DNA of 38,824 nt from contig JANNRO010000037.1 of assembly GCA_031401505.1 (NCBI GenBank), forward strand, positions 1 through 38,824. Reading direction: 5' to 3'. The position numbers were made by a program, and so were the translations under genes. This document shows, one piece after another, positions 34,785-38,824 of this stretch; position 1 is the stretch's first letter; each line of letters starts with the position of its first letter. The stretch comes from Planctomycetia bacterium (lineage in GTDB: Bacteria > Planctomycetota > PLA2 > JAEUHO01). The notes under the pieces were generated by a model. That model saw only the letters and a list, made by a program, of their open reading frames with translations. It ran no database searches and was not told where the DNA came from.

Positions 34785-36962
34785 CTACTTCGGAGCCAAT
34801 TCGACATCCATCCCGACGTCGTCGTCGGTGCCGAAGACGCCGTCGGCGCCGGCCGACGTCACGCGTGGTGGGCGCCCGTTCGCCGGCGCGTGGTAGCCGA
34901 CGCGACGACGCCAGCCGTCGAGCGGGACCGCGGGGATCAGGCGCTCCGAGACGACGAGTTCGTCGAGCGTCGGGGGAAACGATCCGTGGAGTGCCTGGTA
35001 TTCCTCGAGCAATTGGATCGTCCGCTCGAGCGCCCGACGGGTGACGTCGGCCGGATCGTCGCCGGCACTCGACGCGTACGCCATGGGGTGGAACTCGGAC
35101 GCCCCGTCCGATTCGTCCGAGCCGGCCGACGTCGACGCTTCGATCGACCCGACGATCAGCAGCGCCAACGGCACGACGCCGAGCGGACTCCGCGCGGCGA
35201 ACGAGACGCCGTCGCGTCCGACCTCGAGCGACATCACGGTGTCGGACATCGCGTCGGTGAGCAGGTCGGAGTGGGGCAACCTCGCGGCGTCGAAGTCCAC
35301 GGCCCGGAGCGCGTCCTTCCATGCGGGCACGGCCTGCGCCAACGGAACCAGCGTGTCGTAGGCGCTCGAGAGCAGATCCCGCGTCGAGAGTTCGACCGAC
35401 GTGCCGGAGGCACGGGCGGCCGAGAGGAGCGCGGCGAGATCCGGCGTGATCCGCGAGATCGAGTCGGGGAGCGCGCCGACGCGAGCCGACCCGAGGGCGC
35501 CCGCACGATCGATCCGACGAAAGAGCGCCCGCATCGTGTGGGGCACGAGCGTCACGACGAAACGGCCGTTGACGATCGCCCACGTGGGCGAGAACGCGGG
35601 AGAGGCGCCGCCGATCGCGTCGCGAGCATCGACCACGTACATCACGCGCGACCCCGCCCGGATCGTTCGCTGGGACAGCCGTAGATCCCCTCGCTCCGAA
35701 AAGTCGGCGAGCAACCCGGCGATCACGCGTTCGAAGAGGGGCTCGACGGTCGCGGCACCGCGGATGGGCGTCGACAGGACGACGTCGGGAAACGCGCCGC
35801 CGCCGTCGGACAGCCCGATCGACAGCGTCTGCTCGTCACCGAGTGCCGACAGGACGTCGGCCTCGATGTCGACGCCGCACGCGTGATCGAGCCGCGCGAG
35901 TCCGTCGATGACGTCTTGTTCGTCCTCGAGATCGACATCGTGGACGAACGCGCGCCAGCGCGAGGGCCACGTCGGAATCGGCAACGACGTCCGCAGCCGA
36001 CACCAGACCCGGCGCGGCTCGGGCAGCGGCGGCGCGTCGGGGAGCGGCGCCTCGGGAATTGGCACGGTGCGAAACAACGAGAAGATCCCCTTCTCGGCCT
36101 TCACGGCCCCGACGCGCAGTGTTTCGACGACCCCCGACGCGTCGGCCTCGGCGCGGTACGAGACCGTCGTCAGGGAGGCGAGGCCGGCAGCGTGGACGTA
36201 GGCGCCGCTCCATCGACCGTCGACCGCGTCGAGCGAATGGGCCACGAGCTTGGCGAGGTTCGCGTAGGCGAAGCAACTCGCCGACGCGCGCGGCGAGACG
36301 CCCCGGATCTCCTCGAACGCGCGCACGCGGGCGAGCGAATCGGCCACGCGCTCGAGATTCGGGATCGGGCCGGACGAGGCCGACCAGCGATCGAGATTGT
36401 CGAGGACGATGGTCGTGCCGACGGTAAATGCCTCCCACACCGTCTCGCCCGAGACGAAGCGCGCGACGACGGCGCCACCGTCCTCGCGGATCTCGCTGAC
36501 CCATGATTCGAGATTCGGCGGGAACTTCAAGACGCGATTCGTGAACGCCTCGAACTCGGAGAGGCGCGAGCCGAAGTCGAGCGAGACGACCACGTCGAGC
36601 GTTCCGTCCCGACGAATCCCCGTGACCGCGATCGCCAGTTGCCCGTCGAGCCCTTCGAGCGCGGAGGCGTAGCGGGTTGCGATCACGGCATCGGCACCAC
36701 CACGGCCGAGCGCGCGGCGGAGCAGTTCGAACGCGGGCCGAATCGCCGAGTCAAAGCCGTCGTCTCGTAACGCCGCGCCGAGCGGCGTCGCACCGAGCGC
36801 GGTCCGCCAGCCCGTCGGAAACCCGTCGATCGACACGAACGCGAGCGCGTCGGCCAGGACGTACTCCTCGAGGCGGAACGGCTCGGGATCGCCCGCGCGC
36901 GCCGACGAGATGGCCGCCGCGCATCCGAGGACGGCCATGGCGAGGGCTCGACGCGGGTTCAC
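34785..36962 (-). CDS. secreted hypothetical protein with C-terminal hydrophobic segment plus GspG-like (T2SS pseudopilin globular) domain
   Basis: GTG 36962 is in frame in ORF 34785..37079; ATG 36938 is an alternative. Signal peptide is [23 protein letters not shown]. The C-terminus [19 protein letters not shown]...[13 protein letters not shown]...[16 protein letters not shown] matches the GspG C-domain pattern (P.DPWG..Y.Y...S.G.DG..GT.DDI). Confidence 0.65.
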   Translation of the reverse strand: MNPRRALAMAVLGCAAAISSARAGDPEPFRLEEYVLADALAFVSIDGFPTGWRTALGATPLGAALRDDGFDSAIRPAFELLRRALGRGGADAVIATRYASALEGLDGQLAIAVTGIRRDGTLDVVVSLDFGSRLSEFEAFTNRVLKFPPNLESWVSEIREDGGAVVARFVSGETVWEAFTVGTTIVLDNLDRWSASSGPIPNLERVADSLARVRAFEEIRGVSPRASASCFAYANLAKLVAHSLDAVDGRWSGAYVHAAGLASLTTVSYRAEADASGVVETLRVGAVKAEKGIFSLFRTVPIPEAPLPDAPPLPEPRRVWCRLRTSLPIPTWPSRWRAFVHDVDLEDEQDVIDGLARLDHACGVDIEADVLSALGDEQTLSIGLSDGGGAFPDVVLSTPIRGAATVEPLFERVIAGLLADFSERGDLRLSQRTIRAGSRVMYVVDARDAIGGASPAFSPTWAIVNGRFVVTLVPHTMRALFRRIDRAGALGSARVGALPDSISRITPDLAALLSAARASGTSVELSTRDLLSSAYDTLVPLAQAVPAWKDALRAVDFDAARLPHSDLLTDAMSDTVMSLEVGRDGVSFAARSPLGVVPLALLIVGSIEASTSAGSDESDGASEFHPMAYASSAGDDPADVTRRALERTIQLLEEYQALHGSFPPTLDELVVSERLIPAVPLDGWRRRVGYHAPANGRPPRVTSAGADGVFGTDDDVGMDVELAPK

Positions 36963-37002
36963 GCCCCCATCGTGCCATCCCGGTCGGCTTCGCGATCGAC
37001 GG

Positions 37003-38178
37003 CTACCTGGCGGGCGATCCCGCCAGGACCCCGCGGATCTTCTCGATCGCTTCGCGGATGTTCTCGACGCTGTTCGCAAACGAGAATCGCAGGTATCCCT
37101 CGCCCATCTCGCCGAAGCAGGTACCCGAGAGGCAGGCGACGCCCGCGTCGTACAGCAGGCGGTTGGCGAGGTCGTTCGAGGGCACGCCCGTCCTGGACGT
37201 GCTCGGAAACACGTAGAAGGCGCCGTCCGGCCGGGCCGCCTTGAAACCGGGGATGGAGTTCAACCCGTCCACGATGAAATCCCGACGTCGCCGGAACTCC
37301 GCCACCATCGTGTCGACCGGGGCCTGAGGACCGCGAAGCGCGGCGATGCCCGCGTGCTGGACGAAGTTCGCCGTGCACGAGTTGCTGTTGACCATCAACC
37401 GCGAGAACTTGACCGCGCACTCCTTCGGCATGATCCCGTAGCCCAGCCGCCAACCGGTCATCGAGTACGTCTTGCTGAAGCCGTTCAGGATGATGGTCTT
37501 TTCCCTCATTCCCGGTTGGGCCGCGAGCGAAGCGTGGCGGCCGCCGAAGAGGATGCGGGAATAGATCTCGTCGGAGAGGACGATCAGCTCGGGGAAGCGC
37601 CGACAGATGGCCGCGATCGCCGGGAGATCTTCGGGCGGCACGACGCCCCCGGTCGGATTGCCCGGCGTATTGAGAATCAGCAGCCGCGTCTTCGGCGTCA
37701 GCAGTTTCTCGAGTTTCGCGACGTCCACCCGGAAGCCGTTTTCCGCGGTCAACGGCAGCGGAACTCGCTTGGCTCCGATGAAATCGAGCATCGACTCGTA
37801 GATCGGGAACCCGGGATTGGGGTAGACGACCTCGTCGCCTGCATCGATGAACGCGAGGAACGCATAGAACATGATGGGCTTGGCGCCCGGCGTCACGACC
37901 ACCTCGTCGGGGTGCACGTCGATCCCGATCATCGCCTTCGTGTGTTCGGCGATCGCTTCGCGCAATTCGACGATGCCCGGCGCCGCCGTGTAGCCGGTAT
38001 GCCCGTCTCGCAGCGCCTTGACCGCGGCGTCGACCACGTGCACCGGCGTCGGGAAGTCGGGTTGCCCGATCTCGAGATGCACGATCCGTCGTCCCTCGGC
38101 TTCGAGTCTCTTCGCCTTCGCAAGGACCTCGAACGCCGTCTCGGTCCCGAGACGTCCCATCCGATCGGCGTACTTCAT
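37003..38178 (-). CDS. class I PLP-dependent aminotransferase (aspartate/aromatic type)
   Basis: ATG 38178 is in frame in ORF 37003..38406. The upstream 76 codons are read-through of the tRNA gene. It has MKYADRMGRLGTETAFEV...LEIGQPDFPTP...LNTPGNPTG...SKTYSMTGWRLGY...LRFSFA. Confidence 0.85.
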   Translation of the reverse strand: MKYADRMGRLGTETAFEVLAKAKRLEAEGRRIVHLEIGQPDFPTPVHVVDAAVKALRDGHTGYTAAPGIVELREAIAEHTKAMIGIDVHPDEVVVTPGAKPIMFYAFLAFIDAGDEVVYPNPGFPIYESMLDFIGAKRVPLPLTAENGFRVDVAKLEKLLTPKTRLLILNTPGNPTGGVVPPEDLPAIAAICRRFPELIVLSDEIYSRILFGGRHASLAAQPGMREKTIILNGFSKTYSMTGWRLGYGIMPKECAVKFSRLMVNSNSCTANFVQHAGIAALRGPQAPVDTMVAEFRRRRDFIVDGLNSIPGFKAARPDGAFYVFPSTSRTGVPSNDLANRLLYDAGVACLSGTCFGEMGEGYLRFSFANSVENIREAIEKIRGVLAGSPAR

Positions 38179-38321
38179 TTCGGTCGTCACCTCGGGGTCG
38201 GACGCACACTCGGCTCGCAACGCGGTCCCTTCGATCGGGGCCCGCGCACCCACCGTTCGAACCGTCGTTCCCCGCCACCCGGTCGGCGCCGCGGACCCGC
38301 GTCCGAGAAACCCGTCCGGGA

Positions 38322-38397
38322 TGGTGGAGCTGAGGGGGATCGAACCCCTGACCTCGTGAATGCCATTCACGCGCTCTGCCAACTGAGCTACAGCCCC
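38322..38397 (-). tRNA. tRNA-Ala (anticodon GGC), CCA encoded
   Basis: The minus strand reads GGGGCTGTAGCTCAGTTGGCAGAGCGCGTGAATGGCATTCACGAGGTCAGGGGTTCGATCCCCTCAGCTCCACCA (76 nt), which folds as a cloverleaf. The anticodon stem CGTGA/TCACG flanks loop ATGGCAT, giving anticodon GGC. The G3:U70 alanine identity pair and the GGTTCGATCC T-arm are present. Confidence 0.95.
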
Positions 38398-38564
38398 AAG
38401 GGCCACGACGGGCGGGATTGTGCGTTGCCCCGGCCCTTCGTCAACCTTCCCGGTCGCCGCTCGACGCGATCGAGGGGATTCGCTCGCGGTCGATCCGATG
38501 TCGCGCTACGCTCCGGCCCGCTCTTTTCCGTTCCGTGCTCGCGGGTCATGCGTCCCCGATTTCG

Positions 38565-38750
38565 TCCGCGTGTGCGGGCGGGGGACGCGGAAGCAGGTGC
38601 AATTCCTGCGCGGACCCGCCGCTGTAACCGGGGACGACCCTCGCAAGACGCCACTGCTCGCTGCCTTTCCGATCGCAACCGATCGGAAGGGCCGGGTGGG
38701 AAGGCGCGGGGGAAGGACGATCCGGGAGCCAGAAGACCGATCCGCGGGCA
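38565..38750 (+). promoter_or_regulatory. cobalamin (B12) riboswitch; regulated gene lies beyond the right edge
   Basis: The conserved blocks occur in the canonical order: GGAAGCAGGTGCAATTCCTGCGCGGACCCGCCGCTGTAACC (compare AGGGAA..GGUG.AA.UCC...GC.G.CCCGC.ACUGUAA), GCCACTG (38650-38656), GGTGGGAAGGC (38695-38705), and the B12 box GAGCCAGAAGACCGATCC (compare AGCCAGGAGACCUGCC). A possible P1 pairs CCGCG 38566-70 with CGCGG 38743-47. The extension hairpin CCTTTCCGATCG-CAAC-CGATCGGAAGGG lies at 38664-38691. Confidence 0.8.
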
Positions 38751-38824
38751 AGTCCACTCCGGTGTTGAGTGGCGGGGTTCTTACTCCCGTTTCCGACGAT
38801 GCGCCCGACCGGCGATCGTCGCCG

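Noticed and set aside
33489-35684. 731-aa + ORF and 636-aa - ORF (33673..35583)
   Set aside because: These are shadows of ltaE and the secreted GspG-like protein, with Arg-rich low-complexity translations.
38398-38824. Possibility that the non-coding stretch right of tRNA-Ala is RNase P RNA, SRP RNA or tmRNA; also short ORFs 38388..38678 -, 38418..38627 +, 38506..38757 -
   Set aside because: AAGTCC and GGAAGCAG fragments do not extend to the RNase P P4 (GAGGAAAGUCCGGGC) or SRP domain IV consensus. The region instead matches the cobalamin riboswitch block by block. The short ORFs have poor third-position GC and implausible sequences.
38799-38824. ATG at 38799 (MRPTGDRR...) as start of the riboswitch-regulated gene
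   Set aside because: It has no Shine-Dalgarno, and only 8 codons are visible, which is too little to support a CDS call.
1-38824. Search for CRISPR arrays, IS elements or transposases, integrases, prophage genes, and restriction-modification or other named defence systems
   Set aside because: None were recognised on either strand. tRNA-Ala has no adjacent integrase or direct repeat of its 3' end within the window.

Overview
This is a GC-rich, almost fully coding bacterial chromosomal segment dominated by housekeeping genes. Left to right: fabD (partial)-plsX-rpmF, alaS, an ECF sigma fusion protein, a secreted HEAT protein, a DUF4160/DUF2442 mini-cassette, comM/yifB, an S41 protease-pgeF pair, a small Minf_1886-like protein, holB-tmk, dnaA coupled to a TPR/peptidase-MA gene, a dapL-like aminotransferase, an SH3 protein and a second aminotransferase. 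A long minus-strand train follows, listed here in transcription order (right to left): tRNA-Ala(GGC), aspartate-type aminotransferase, secreted protein with a pseudopilin-like end, ltaE, GT4 glycosyltransferase, lipA, larC, duplicated-domain lipoprotein, resB, ccsA. A cobalamin riboswitch sits at the right edge. Gene content suggests a Planctomycetota/PVC-type genome (inference only). I saw no CRISPR array, transposase, integrase, rRNA or recognisable defence operon, so most of the window is ordinary core genome. The items most worth a second look are: (1) an ECF sigma factor fused in frame to a TM helix and about 930 aa of carboxypeptidase-regulatory-like repeats; (2) a tandem pair of 124-nt elements between dnaA and tmk, each a 28-bp-stem hairpin carrying a sigma-54-like -24/-12 motif; (3) the DUF4160/DUF2442 cassette; (4) three canonical EF-hand loops inserted in the S41 protease; (5) an uncharacterised tandem-domain lipoprotein translationally coupled to resB-ccsA. 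Many long ORFs in the track are antisense or out-of-frame shadows typical of high-GC DNA and were discarded. The track writes GTG/TTG starts as M. Coordinates I derived by hand were frame-checked against the track where possible; non-coding features may be off by 1 nt.
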